Assembly (NCBI RefSeq): GCF_000143415.4
Contig: NW_003314266.1
Span: 4,021,766-4,080,142 of the forward strand
Direction of reading: 5' to 3'
Origin: Selaginella moellendorffii
Taxonomy: Eukaryota; Plantae; Lycopodiophyta
Length of the DNA: 58,377 nt
Positions 35,222 through 47,467 of the stretch are shown here, piece by piece (within the stretch, counting starts at the first letter, position 1; each line of letters begins with the position of its first letter). A program made the translations under genes and the position numbers. The notes beneath the pieces are model-generated. The model saw only the letters and a program-made list of their open reading frames with translations. It did no database searches and was not told the origin of the DNA.

Positions 35222-38200
35222 ATTTGAATGATTACTTCTTAATAAATATATTGGATTTACTTGATATAATCTTAATATATATGGTATGTGAATACTAGTG
35301 TGCATGTTCAAAAGGATATCCTCCAAGTGATGTGAAACGCTGCAAACACTTCTACTATATACCCATGTATCCAAGTGTACCTATAAAATAAGCATATCCA
35401 TATCGCCCATATGATTGGAGTAAGAGTTAGTGAATATTACATGATATGATTAAAGTAAGAGTAGATATTCTTTAGCACTATCCATTTTCAAATTTTCAAT
35501 GTTAATGAGATAAAGTATATTTATATATGTTCTACAATATAAATCAAGTAAGTAATACATGTCAATATAAACTTGCAGACACTCCTTCCTGTATAAGATC
35601 AGAGCACTTACATGAGCAAAAGGCAATCTAACTTTTTGCTATCCAAATTATGAGCAAAAACATATTAATATGTTTAATATACAAGTATGCTCTTATCTCT
35701 GTATTTCATATATAATATAATGACAATATAGTAGTAAGTTTGAAATATTACATCATAAAGAATTTTTTATATACTGTACAATATAACTTTAGTTCTACTT
35801 CACCATTCTTGCTATTTGCTTCATCACTTTTCAATTAATACTCAAAAAATTAATCAATTAATTTATAGGCATTTTGAGCTTCAAGAAACCACACTCAAAG
35901 ATTCAAAGATATTATTTGTTAAATTTTCAGAATTTTGCCTTTCAAATAATGTACTTTAGCTTTGGGCATTTAGCATTTAATAAAAAGTATTTGGATTTTT
36001 ATTATAAATTTATGCATTAACAACATAAAAATTCAAAAGTATGGTAGTGTGGCGAGCTTTCCAAAGTAAATGAACAAACTTAAAATTCTTAAACACTTTG
36101 TAAAAGTTATTGGTGATGCTTTATGCAAAATATGTGATGTATGCATTATTGAATATTGATTAAATACTTTTTGACACACATTTTTTTAAATTAAAAATAA
36201 AGTATAAGGTTTACTATTTAGATGTTATATTTCAATTAATTTTTTAAATACTTAAGTAGCTTTAATTTTTATTATTTTTAATATCAATTATACCAACCTT
36301 CAACATCTATACTAGTTGTTAAAATGTATCTAAGGTATCTTAACCTCCCTCAAATATATCCTATCAAACAAATCAAAGACCTACAATGTATAAAACTAGT
36401 ATGAGAGAAATAGTCTTTTGAAAGTAAAATTTTTATCAACCTCAACACAAATATATTATTTAAGTTACTTATGTTAATATTAATTCACAAATATAAGTAA
36501 TTAAGCAAGATAAACTTTTATCAATAATAGAAGCATAGAGTCTCTAAAAACAAACCTTCTCATTTCCATTGAATTATATAATATTTCTTCTAAAATTATA
36601 ATCAATTCAAAATGCTAGCAATAGCTACATTTTTACTTATATTTTAATCTTGTCAAGAAAATTGTATCTTACCCTGAAAATAATCTTTATTTTGCCATTA
36701 AGATCAAATAAATAGACACCCATACGTTAAAATAGAATAGTCATTTTAAATTTGAAAGGGAATATTTTCAAATATGAAAACCTTAAAATTTTCATGCAAT
36801 TTTTTAAATATTCCTTTTAATATTCTCGTGTTAGAGTGGAAATATAATTTTAGACTACTAAAGAAACATTCAACATATTAACCACTCCTATCTTGTTTGT
36901 AATTGTGTAAATATAAATATCTAAAGGTTGATATTTGCTTCTTATCTACAAAACAGTTACTAAGTAAAAGTATATCTTCATGTTTTAAGCTTTGGCATCA
37001 AGAAGATAGATTCATTATATACTAAAAATTCAGAATTGTTTTAGCTACAAATTTAAAATATTACATTTCAAGATAAAAAAATTTGGTTGAAGGCAAGGTT
37101 ATAAAGTAGCCGAGAATAACTAACTCTCCTTATATTCACTCCATCTCAATTATGACAATCATGTAAGCTTTTGAGATTTCTAATCTATATTAGCACTTAT
37201 AATACGTTTATTAAAAGTAAATTTTAATAATATAAAAACTAATAACATACCAAAAGGAAATAGTAAGAATAAATTCAAGAAAAAGGATTATATAGCAAAT
37301 TTAAAGATTGACATTTACCTTATAAAGTCTTAATAATTATCTCTAAAGCAATTGAATTCAAGAATCTACTTAAACTCATGTATTTAATTGATGTTACAAT
37401 CATGCTCCACATTAGTATGACACAGTAGGATACCAAGAACAAAAGATAGTGTAATCATAACCCACAGAAACTAGTGCACCTATATATGATATCAAAGACA
37501 ACAGAGTAACATGTGCAGCAAGTGGCATAACCGAAGAAAATGATGCAATGAAGATTAAAGAAACAGAGTAAATCTAAGCATAACAATAACTAAAATTCTA
37601 AATTTGGTGAAAAAGTTACAATAAAGCCTACTGAAAAGCTTTTCTCCAAACTAAACTTCACTTGGGGGAATAAATAGATTAATTAGGGTTAGACCCCATA
37701 TATAAATAGCAGAGTAAAAATTTGAAATAATTTTGGGTGGCGAGCAGTAAGAACCAGTCCTTTTGTTGTGTTGTTCAGAACTTTTTTCATTATCTCAAGG
37801 TTGGTTTTCGTCCTCCAGGTAGGACTCACTGTTTGCTTCTTATGTCCAGGCTTAGAACCACCTCTTATCATCTCGTTCAAGTTGTGAGCCATGGACGTTA
37901 CTTAACTTACATGCCTAACTCTTGTCTATCACGTAGAGTAGGTATCCTTCCAACGCAGATAATCTGGACTTCTATCCTGTCCTTCCTCAAGCACGTCTAC
38001 TTATGCAGTGCATATGCAGTGCTTGGGAAATTTGGAAACTCCTTTGCCTACTTTAGAGTGCTCCAACCCATCTTTGACGAGAGGCCCTATGTCTTCTTTG
38101 TCATGGACATGAACTTCATGCCCAGTACGCAGACTCTCCAGTAACTCGTGCGCTGCCGCCAACACATGCATCACCAAGCTGGGAATCTGGTCGCTTCAAA

Positions 38201-38366
38201 CAGCACAAAAGGGCCAGGTTCCTCCTCAACGTGGACATCCTGACCGTAGCAGCGAGGATTCAGTGATCCAACACAAGCCCAGCTCTAGAAGGTTTCTGAC
38301 ATGTAGTATAGATTCCGCTTACTTTTGCATTTCTGGAGAAGAAATACTTGAGTAAACATCTTTTAG

Positions 38367-39371
38367 TCACTCCTCACTCTCTTCACCAGCCAAGTGCTGC
38401 CTCATTGCCTCCAAGTGAGGAGGGGACAGTGGCATGATAAACTTGGCAAAGCCTAATCCGCCAGGATTCGGTGCATAATGTACATGTATGACGCCTCTCG
38501 TCTGCATGGCCTTCAACACACTCTGATCGCCTCCAAACACTTTGTCACAAGCAGCCGCCCACTCGACGACGCCATCATCCGAGCTTGTCATCAGCACCAT
38601 GACCTCGTTGAACTTGGCAGCTGACCACCTGGATTAAGAAGAGATCGGTGAGAAAAATGAAAAGAAAAAAGCTGCTACTTACTCTGGATCCGTCACTCCA
38701 CCCAGGATACACAATCTCGTTGAGTCCACCATTCCACCTAGTTCTTCCTCCAGCAATTTTGGATCCTTCAATGCTGATTTGGCAGCGTCTAGTAGAAGCA
38801 AGGGGCATCCACCACATATACCATATATCTTCGTCCAATCCTGCTCACTAACATAACCAGAGCCTCTGTCTGCCAAACATTTGAAGAAAAAAGCCTTAGC
38901 GCGCTCCTTGTCCAAGTGTCCTACATAAACAACTTCTACCTCGTCCCCAATCCAGTCCTCGCGAAAGGAATCGACGGAGGTGGCCATGATCACAGTTGCC
39001 TTTCTCTTGCGTGCCATGGTCTTGAGACACTCTACAACGGGTTTGGCATCTGCGTGAGGATCTCCCGTCAGCTTGTGAGCATCATCAAGGATCAAGACGG
39101 GCGGAACATCATCATCTGCCTGCCGCTGTATGACAGCCTCCACATCGCTGAGAGTATTCCCAAGAACCCTAGAGAACATCTCAAAGAAGTGAAGGGGCGC
39201 CTTGACATGCTTGTCCGCCTCCCACACGCTCTGGAACCGCTTCAGTAGAGTCGTCTTCCCAGAATTTTGTGGCCCTAACACCATTACTATGCGATCTACG
39301 CCTGCCACTGCAAAATCCACCAGCCTATCCAGCTCCCCTTCCCTCGCCACCTTCAAGCTGTGAGCTGCCAT
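38367..39371 (-). CDS. Stand-alone P-loop ATPase (archaeal-ATPase/STAND-like) with probable C-terminal winged helix, about 316 aa, one 54-bp intron (38629-38682)
   Basis: VAREGELDRL; Walker A VLGPQNSGKTTLL; Walker B VLILDDAH; VIMATS; VGHLDKERAKAFF; GxP motif CGGCPLLL; exon 2 WSAAKFNEVM...LKAMQTRGVI...PLSPPH. Confidence 0.75.
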
Positions 39372-39489
39372 CCCTAAGATGGAATGGTTGTGATGGATAT
39401 ATATACACGTCGGATGTCAACCGGACGATGAGGGCTGGATTATATTGATCGTCCGATCAGTGATTTCGAAATTTAGGGTTCTTAGGGCG

Positions 39490-41939
39490 ATGTTCGCCTC
39501 TAGCGACGCCGAGGCGCCCGGGTTTGGGCAGGATGCCGCCAACAGCGCCATTCCAGCTCCAGGCAAGCGCATTCGAAAGCCCGTGCAGCGCCGATCCGTG
39601 GATTACACCTCTACTGTCTTGCGCTACCTCCAGGTAGAATTTTTTTCTTTTCCGCGTTCCTTTTCAGTGATTTCTCTGGTCGGGTATGGTGATAGGTACG
39701 AATGTGGCAGCAAAACTATGGGCAAAAGCCAGTGCTCCAGCCAACAACGTCGGCCGCGCTGGATGTAAGCTAGCGTGGTTTTTGAGAGGTTTTTCTAACA
39801 GGAGTTTCTACTTGCAGCTTCTTCCAACGGGAGCTTATCTCGACAATCCGGCAACGAGTTTCAGCACAAAGTTCGTGCACTGCTCGACTAACAAAGTCCG
39901 CTGCTCGATCAACAGAGTTTTGGTAACTTGCTTTGCTACTGTCAAGTGTTCTCGTCACTGATTTTTGTTTCTATCCTTCGTTTCAGTGGACTCCTACTGG
40001 ACGTCGTCTCATAACGGGCTCCCAGAGTGGAGAGTTTACTCTCTGGAATGGGTTGTCGTTTAACTTCGAGATGATCTTACAGGTGTGTAGTGTTTTTTAT
40101 TCATCTTCCATGCGTTGTTCTTATAAAATCTCTCCCAGGCGCATGATAGTGCCGTAAGGTCGATGATCTGGAGCCACAATGAAAACTGGATGGTTACGGG
40201 CGACGACGGTGGATGTATCAAGTATGTAGTATGTCCCTGTGTCGTGTTCTTCTCTTACATGCTACTTATGTAGATACTGGCAAACAAATATGAACAACGT
40301 AAAAGCGAACAAGACAGCTCACAGAGAACCGGTACGAGATTTAAGGTAAAAATTTCGAGTGGATTCAGTTGGAGTTTATCTTATACTATTACTCTTCCTT
40401 GTTTCTCCAAGTTTTTCAAGTACGGATCTGAAGTTCTGCTCGTGTTCCGATGATACCACAGTCAAAATCTGGGATTTTGCCCGGTGTCAAGAAGAGCGTT
40501 CATTAACTGGTATGTCAATGTAATTTAGTTCTCTATGTTCTTATGTGTTTGGCTTTGTACAGGTCACGGCTGGGACGTGAAGAGTGTGGATTGGCATCCA
40601 CAAAAGTCTCTCCTCGTTTCTGGTTTGCTTTTACGTGCTTTTGAGAAAATATTGTGATATGTTCATCGCAGGTGCGAAGGATAATCTCGTGAAATTGTGG
40701 GATGCCAGGACGGGTCGTGAACTCTGTACACTGTAAGCATTATTTTTTGTGAAATAGCTGTCATTAGCTAACTTAAATTACAGGCATGGTCACAAGAATA
40801 CAGTTCTTTGTACAAAATGGAATAACAATGGAAATTGGGTGTTAACCAGCTCAAGGGACCAAGTAATCAAGGTAAGTGTTTCAACTTATGGCATAAAGTG
40901 AACTGAACGCGTGGTGTTTTCTTTCTCAGCTGTTTGACATCCGAACCCTGAAAGATATCGAGACTTACCGTGGCCATAAGAAAGAAGTAGCATGTACGTT
41001 GCATTGGATGAGTTTAGAGTGCTCTTACGTTTTTATTTTGGTGCAGCATTGGCGTGGCATCCTTTCCACGAGGAACTCTTTGTGAGCGGAAGCCACGACG
41101 GCAGCATTATACACTGGCTTGTTGGGTAAGTTATGCAAAACTGGATACGTTCAATCTGACTTTGCATTTTTGTTTAGGCACGATCAACCTCAGGCAGAAG
41201 TCTCAAATGCTCACGACAACAACATTCTCGATCTGTCCTGGCATCCCATGGGCCACATACTTTGCAGGTGTTGTTTGGAACACACTTTTCTCTTGTTCTT
41301 AGTAGTGACTTTGTCGTCTGAGCAGCGGAGGCAGCGACCACACCACGAAGTTCTGGTGTCGAAATCGTCCCGGTGATACCACTCGCGACAAGTACAACGC
41401 ACCTCTCATGCAAGGTCAGTTGTCTTTTGCTTAAGACTCACTTCCAGTGACTACAACAGGGGCCTCGAACGAGCAAATGGCACCGCTGGGACGAGGATCT
41501 GGATCGGTTCCAATGGAAGCCTCGAGCTTGGGCAGCTCATTCCTGGGTGTTGGAGGTGCTGTTGACGAAGGCACCATCCCCGGCGTTGGCATGGCAATGC
41601 CGGTGGTCCAAGCTCCTGACAGTGGTGCTGCTCGGATACCTGGTATTCCTTCACGACCGCCGATGGCAATGCACCATCCATTCCCTCCTCAACTACAAAT
41701 GCAGCCTCCTCAAGACATGTATGGTCAGTTTGCGCCGCCACCTCCGCCACCTCTTCCTGGAGCTGCTCCTGTTCCTCCTGGCATCCCGGGCATCCCACGG
41801 CCAAGCTTTCGTCATTTCCAGCAGCAAATGATCCCAGGACTTCCTGGATTCCAGGTGAAAACAAGCTTGACTTCTCGTTTGTTTTCTGGTATTAATCGAT
41901 CGGTGGAATGTGGTTTTGCAGCCGGGAGAGCCTAGCTAG
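39490..41939 (+). CDS. FY: Flowering-time/polyadenylation factor FY (WDR33/Pfs2), many short introns
   Basis: [15 protein letters not shown]; [21 protein letters not shown]; [32 protein letters not shown]; [13 protein letters not shown]; FWCRNRPGD; Pro-rich C-terminus with PPPPPLPG. Confidence 0.95.
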
Positions 41940-42645
41940 AGCAAGCACGAAGACTGGACTAGAAGAAACCGATCCTTTTGACAAAATTACCATATATGTA
42001 AACTTTTGGATTAAGTTCCTCTGATTCACGTTAAACTGGAGCTAATTTTTAATGCTTCATCTGTGATTTAGTTGATGATACAAGCTTAGAAGTCAAATAT
42101 GCGTGTTTCACACCTTTCGGGAAGTCTCCTGAATTAGATACATCAATTTAAGCCTAATTTTATGAGATTGAAAGGTAGTGTGAAACTCAAATGCTTGCCA
42201 TCATGCAATCTCCACATCTGCTTTGTCATCGCCATACACTCTTTTCAAGATAATCTTGATGTTCTTGTCTAAAAGCTTGAGACCATCCTTGGTTGCCATA
42301 TATTCAGTGATCTACAATGGAAACATCCTCCTAAAAGAAGAAAGAAAATAACTTGGTTTTACAAAGCATATGGTAGAATATTCTAGCATCTACAATGAAT
42401 ATGCAAACCTAGTTTTAGTTTGCCAACGGTTCTGTTAAACTGAGGCTCCGGGATATACTCCGCCGACGTGGCCATTCCCCATTGTTCCACACCTTTCCCT
42501 CCGCGGAGGTTATTGAATTTTCACCAGGGTTTTCAGGGTTTGTGGCTATGGCGCTCCCAGATCCGGGCCGGCGGCTTGGCGCTTCGACTTCATGGTCGGA
42601 TGAAGTGTAGCTGATCGAGAGGATGTAGGCTAGGGATCGAGCAGG

Positions 42646-45600
42646 ATGGATGGGATTGAGTCTGTCTATGGGCGCGGCGCGCTCGGCAATCTCACAAATC
42701 GCAGCAGGCGTTCCAATGGAACAGCTGGGCCGAGCAGTCCATTTTCTCTCTCCCTGGATCCCTTTGTGTGGGAGAGCGGGTATGAGAATCGCGGAGGCGG
42801 GGCATGGGTTTCGAGGAATAGTCCTCCACTCGACGAGGATTGCGAGGGCGTGTATGAGATGAATGGGGCAAGTCCGGCGATTTCACCGCGAGGAGGAAGC
42901 CCGAATGGCGGTGTCAAGAGCATAATGCTTCTAGCCAAGGACAAGGAGGCTTTGCTGGAAGAAGCCATCAGGTTGAAGCGCGCTCTCCACGAGAAAACGT
43001 TTTATCTCAGGCGAAATCGAGTCCATGCTACCACGATTCAGATCGAAAACAGGTGTCTCGACTTTTGCTTTCCTCTTTGAGCTCAACAAAGAAATGCTTC
43101 TTTTCTAGTTTCACAGGAAGCTAGAGTTTGATATCAAGGATATGGAAGCGCAGGGGTCGCCTCTAGACAGCGCCAGATCTCCTCGTGGAAGTAGCATACG
43201 CACTAAGCTGAAAGGTAGTGTTCTTCGTTTTTGCTTCTCGCTGTCTACTTATTCCTTGGAGCGTTGTTTTGCAGGTTTAAGGATCAGATACGAAGATATG
43301 CGAAGTGCTTGTGATGCTCAGCACGAAGAAGTAGCGGCACTGCGCAGGGATGTACGCATTACCACCACCCAAGTAAGCAAACGTGTTGAGATCCATTTCT
43401 TCATGTTTGTCTTACTAGAGATTCTAGGCCCGTTGCTCTTGTTGTAGGAGATGGAAATGGAGAGAGATGCGTTGCTACATGAGATAACGAGAATGCAGAA
43501 GGACGTCAAGGGGCTGAAAGCAGTCCAGAATGCTCTCAAGTGCGAGCATCAGGAGCTGTGTCAGATCAAGCACAAAGCTGACGAGCTGGCAGTTCTTAAC
43601 TTCGAGCTAGAAAACTGCATGGGTGTAAGGATTACATTTCACGATTGGTTTTGTGCCTCAGTATCTGCTTTGGCAGGGCGTGAACAAAGATCTCGAGAGA
43701 ACAAACCAGGATGTGATCATTTTCCGGCAGAAAATGACGGAGTCGAGTATCGAGGCCAGAAAGAATGCAAAGCAATTCAAGGAGCTGGAAGAACACACTG
43801 AAGCCTTGAAGAGGCTCCTTGCAGACGAAAGGTCCGAGCGGCGGGGTCTAGACAAGGAGCTCGCAGGCTTGGAGCTGCAGCTTAAGAAGGCTGAGAAGGA
43901 GCTTACTGCGAAGGGACTCAAGAAGCCGGCTTCTCCGAAACCAAAGCCGAAGCCGAGAGAGAAAATCTGGGAAGTGACAAGTCCTGGGAAAGGAGGAACT
44001 TCTCCGCGTTCACCTAGGAAAGATCAAGACGGGAAGCCGAAATCAAAAGGTGGCAAGCCCGGTGGAAAAGGTGGTGATGCTGCCGCTGCCGCTGCTGCTG
44101 CCGCCGCCGCCGCCGCCGCCGCTGCTAGTGCAGCGTCATTCAAGGCAAAGAATACTTCTGCAAGGCTGTTTGGAGCTCTCTCTAAAACAGAACCAAGGCC
44201 GGGAGGTGCTGCGCTCGAGGACAGGGCCGGGGGAACGTTTAAGAAACAGGCATCCAAAGCTTCTGGCACTGACTCGAGGCAAACTAGTCCGGAATCGTTC
44301 AGGAAAAAGACCTTCAAGGAGGGCACTGCTGCTTTTGAGTCGCAGGAGACAATGCGTAAGAAGGCTGAAGCACTCGAACAAAAATCACTCAAGGAGGCTG
44401 AAGCACTCAAACAAAAATCACTCAAGGAGACTGAAGCACTCAAACAAAAATCACTCAAGGAGGCTGAAGCACTCAAACAAAAATCGCTCAAGGACGTTGC
44501 ACTCTCGAAAGCTTCCGAGAGGCCTCAAAGTACTGACGCGCTCAAGAAAGAAGCTTCCAAGGCTGCGAGGCCAAAGGCCGCCGAACCCACGAGTAGATCC
44601 ACCAGTCCGAGTGCTACGCCAGGAAAAGCCGAGAAAGCTTCTGCGGGGAAATCCAAAGACAAGGCGGCTGACAAGAAGGCGGAGCCGGGTCAAGGTGGCA
44701 AGCGCGGAGCAGGCTTGAAAGACGAAACAAAAGGAACGAAAGACGAAGCAAAAGGAACGAAAGGAGATGTTTTGCAAGCGCAGAAGGAAAGACAGCGGCT
44801 GGAAACGGAGCTAGCTGCAAAGATGGAAAAACAGAAGCGGGAGATGGAGCTAGCGGCGAAGCAAAGAGAAATGGAGCTAGCTGCGAGGCTGGAGAAACAG
44901 CAAAAGGAAATGGAGCTCGCTGCAAAGCAACGGGAGATGGAGTTTCTGGCGAAGCAACGAGAGCTGGAAGCTGCTACTGCTAAGCAGCGGGAAATGGAAG
45001 CTGTTGCCGCTGCTGCTGCTGCCAAGCAACGGGAAATGGAACTGGCCGCCGCTGCTAAGCAACGAGAGATGGCGGAGCTAGCTGCCGCAAAAGGATTGAA
45101 GCTCAAAGCCGAGTCCAGGGACGAGGCATGCCAGACCTCCGAGACAGCGGACTCTTACGACGAGTTGATGCGAAAGATGCGTAAGCTGGAGGACGAGCTG
45201 GCCTCGCACAGGTCACGGGAAAGCTCTCCAGGGTCGTCTTCTACTCCGCCACCTTCGAGGGCATTCACGAAGAAACTCACCATCAAAGTCGATGACAAGC
45301 AGATGGATCGAAAGCTGACGAAGAAGGCGACGGTGAAGAAGCCGGATGTCGCTCCGGCCACTCCGGGTACTCCCAGGAAGAGCAAAGTGGCGTCGACTCC
45401 GGCAACTCCGAAAGAACCAGAGCGAAAGCCCGAGCCGCTAAAGCCAGAGCCAAAGAAGCCGGAGCCAGTGCCAATAACAGTGCCAGTTCCAGAGCCAGAA
45501 CCCGTCCGCAAGTATCCAGCGAGACAAATTCGTCGGCAAATCCTCATGGCGGATCAAGACTTCGCCGAGGACACGAAGCAGATAACCGGCCCAGCGGATG

Positions 45601-45704
45601 CACCCAGGCCCAGGAGCGTCATGTTTGAGAGCTCGAGCTTCAACGTCTTGCTGGCGGAGCCCAGCACGGATCCTCTGATTGAAACGCAGGCACCGAACGA
45701 GTAG
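42646..45704 (+). CDS. Coiled-coil protein with IQCE-like N-terminal region and long repetitive C-terminus (about 5 exons)
   Basis: KEALLEEAIRLKRAL...LRIRYEDMRSACDAQHEEVAALRRDVRITTTQ/EMEMERDALLHEITRMQ; large final exon from about 43678 to 45704 with poly-Ala and tandem peptide repeats. Confidence 0.7.
44362..44495 (+). repeat. 33-bp coding tandem repeat x4 (EAEALKQKSLK)
   Basis: GCTGAAGCACTC(G/A)AACAAAAATC(A/G)CTCAAGGA repeated four times. Confidence 0.9.
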
Positions 45705-45794
45705 AAACAAGAACCATCTACGTTCTTATATCGTCCTGGGAAAAAAAACTTGGGACAACGATCGAGCCAGCTACCAACGTAGTAGAAGAAGTTG

Positions 45795-47132
45795 TCATAC
45801 TGTTCTAGCAGACCTCGGGCTGTTTGGTTTGGAACCGGCGAGTTTATCCGGACTTGGAGTTGCGGGGTACAAGCTGAGGCCTCTGGCGTTGAGCTTCTCC
45901 TCGACTGTGACAAGCTCCGCTTCCAGGCAAACGCGCTTCTCCTCCAGGTTTTTCTTTTCCAGCTTTTCTTTCTCCAGGCAATCCTTGGCCAGCGTGATCT
46001 GGTCCTCCAAATCCTTGCATCTCTTCGAGCTTCTCTTGGCGAGAAGGCTCGACTCTGTTAGCTTTTGTCTGTGAGCTACAATTTCGCGATTTGCCTTGTC
46101 CAAGGCTTTAAGAACAACCTGTGAAAGAAGATCTTTAGGATTTTTGTTTTCTAGATCGTGAGCTTACCTCCATGCAGTTTTCTAGATGATAATTCAAGAC
46201 TTCCATGTCGCCCGCTTTGTCCCTCATGCAGCACAGATCTTTGGTCTCGCAACAAAGCTGGCTGTGCACCAGCTTTAGCTTTTTCACATCCTTTTGGAGT
46301 TTGGCGATCTCCTCTACAAACACATCTTTTTCCATCTCTATTTCCTGTCCGTGACAAATTCACTTGTGCGTGTCAGCAAAAACCTTCACCTCTTACAAAA
46401 GCTTACTCTTTGGTGTGATATCCTTACGTCCCTTCTCAAGAGCGTGATCTCTTCGTGCTGGCTATCACAAATATTTTGCAGCTCCTCGAACTGTGACTTC
46501 ATTCCTGGGAGGAAAAAAAATCCTCACATATAAGCCCAGAAACTAAGGCAAAGAACGAAACAATCGAACCGTGCCTTGGAGCTTAAGCCTCACTCGAGAC
46601 GATCCACTCGACTTTGTGCCCATGTTTCCTTGCATCTCCATGTCCTTGATATCATTCTCGAGCTTCCTGCAGTTCTTTTTTGTGTTCCAAGTCAAGATCA
46701 ACCAGCCCAATAGAGATGAGAAAGAGGAAAAATGGAAGAAAGAAAACAAAGAGCTCACTTGTTCTCGATTTGGACGGCAGAAGCGTGAACTTTGTCCCGC
46801 TTCAAATAGAAAGCCTGATCGATGAGCATTCTCTTCAACTGGATGATCTCCTCGAGCAGCGATTCCTTGTCCCTGCTTGCGAACAGCAAATTCTGGAAGG
46901 AAGCGGGGCTCTGGCCCCTGGATTTCGATCCAATCAGCCCCTCAGTGATCTCTACAACCCCGTTCTCGTTGCAACCCGGTAGAGGCGGCGGCGTGGGAGG
47001 AATCCAAGTGCCTCCACCCAGTTCTGGATTTGGCGGATCCCACACGAATGGATCCAGACCGTGAGACAGCGGCGTATCCTTTCGCGTCGGCCGCTTGCTA
47101 GGGATGGGCCGAGGAGCATAGGCGCTCTCCAT
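45795..47132 (-). CDS. Shorter paralogue of the IQCE-like coiled-coil gene (convergent)
   Basis: LDPFVWD...GGGTW; KESLLEEIIQLKRML; RKLENDIKDMEMQG; HEEITLLRRDVRI; EMEKDVFVEEIAKLQ; LENCM. Same exon layout as 42646-45704. Confidence 0.75.
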
Positions 47133-47467
47133 TCTCTGCTCCAAATCTTTCTTCTCCCTTTCAGTATTTCTAGCTGGAATTTCTACCTACAATCGCATGG
47201 CGCCTAAGGTACAGCAAGATTCCTTGTTGCCTGCGCTGCCGCCTCTCGCTGACGCTCAAGAGCAAAGCCGCTGTCGACGCTCGCCGGATAAACCCTAACA
47301 CCGATAACGTCCATGGGATTCCAATGGCAAAACGCTTGTGCGCCGTCGATCTAGCGAGCATATACCACTCCTTTAAACGACGGCCGTTGGAAAGAGCGGT
47401 AAAATTCGTTGGGCTTGATTTGGATTTGATCCCGCAACGTCTGGAGTTAGGGTTTAGGGCACCAGCT

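Noticed and set aside
37700-38330. Moderate-GC stretch with short ORFs; also 19061-19390
   Set aside because: No recognisable domain or consistent exon structure.
24115-41939. Apparent cluster of RNA-processing genes (LSM8, WDR82, FY)
   Set aside because: Interspersed with unrelated genes; no evidence beyond chance in a gene-dense genome.
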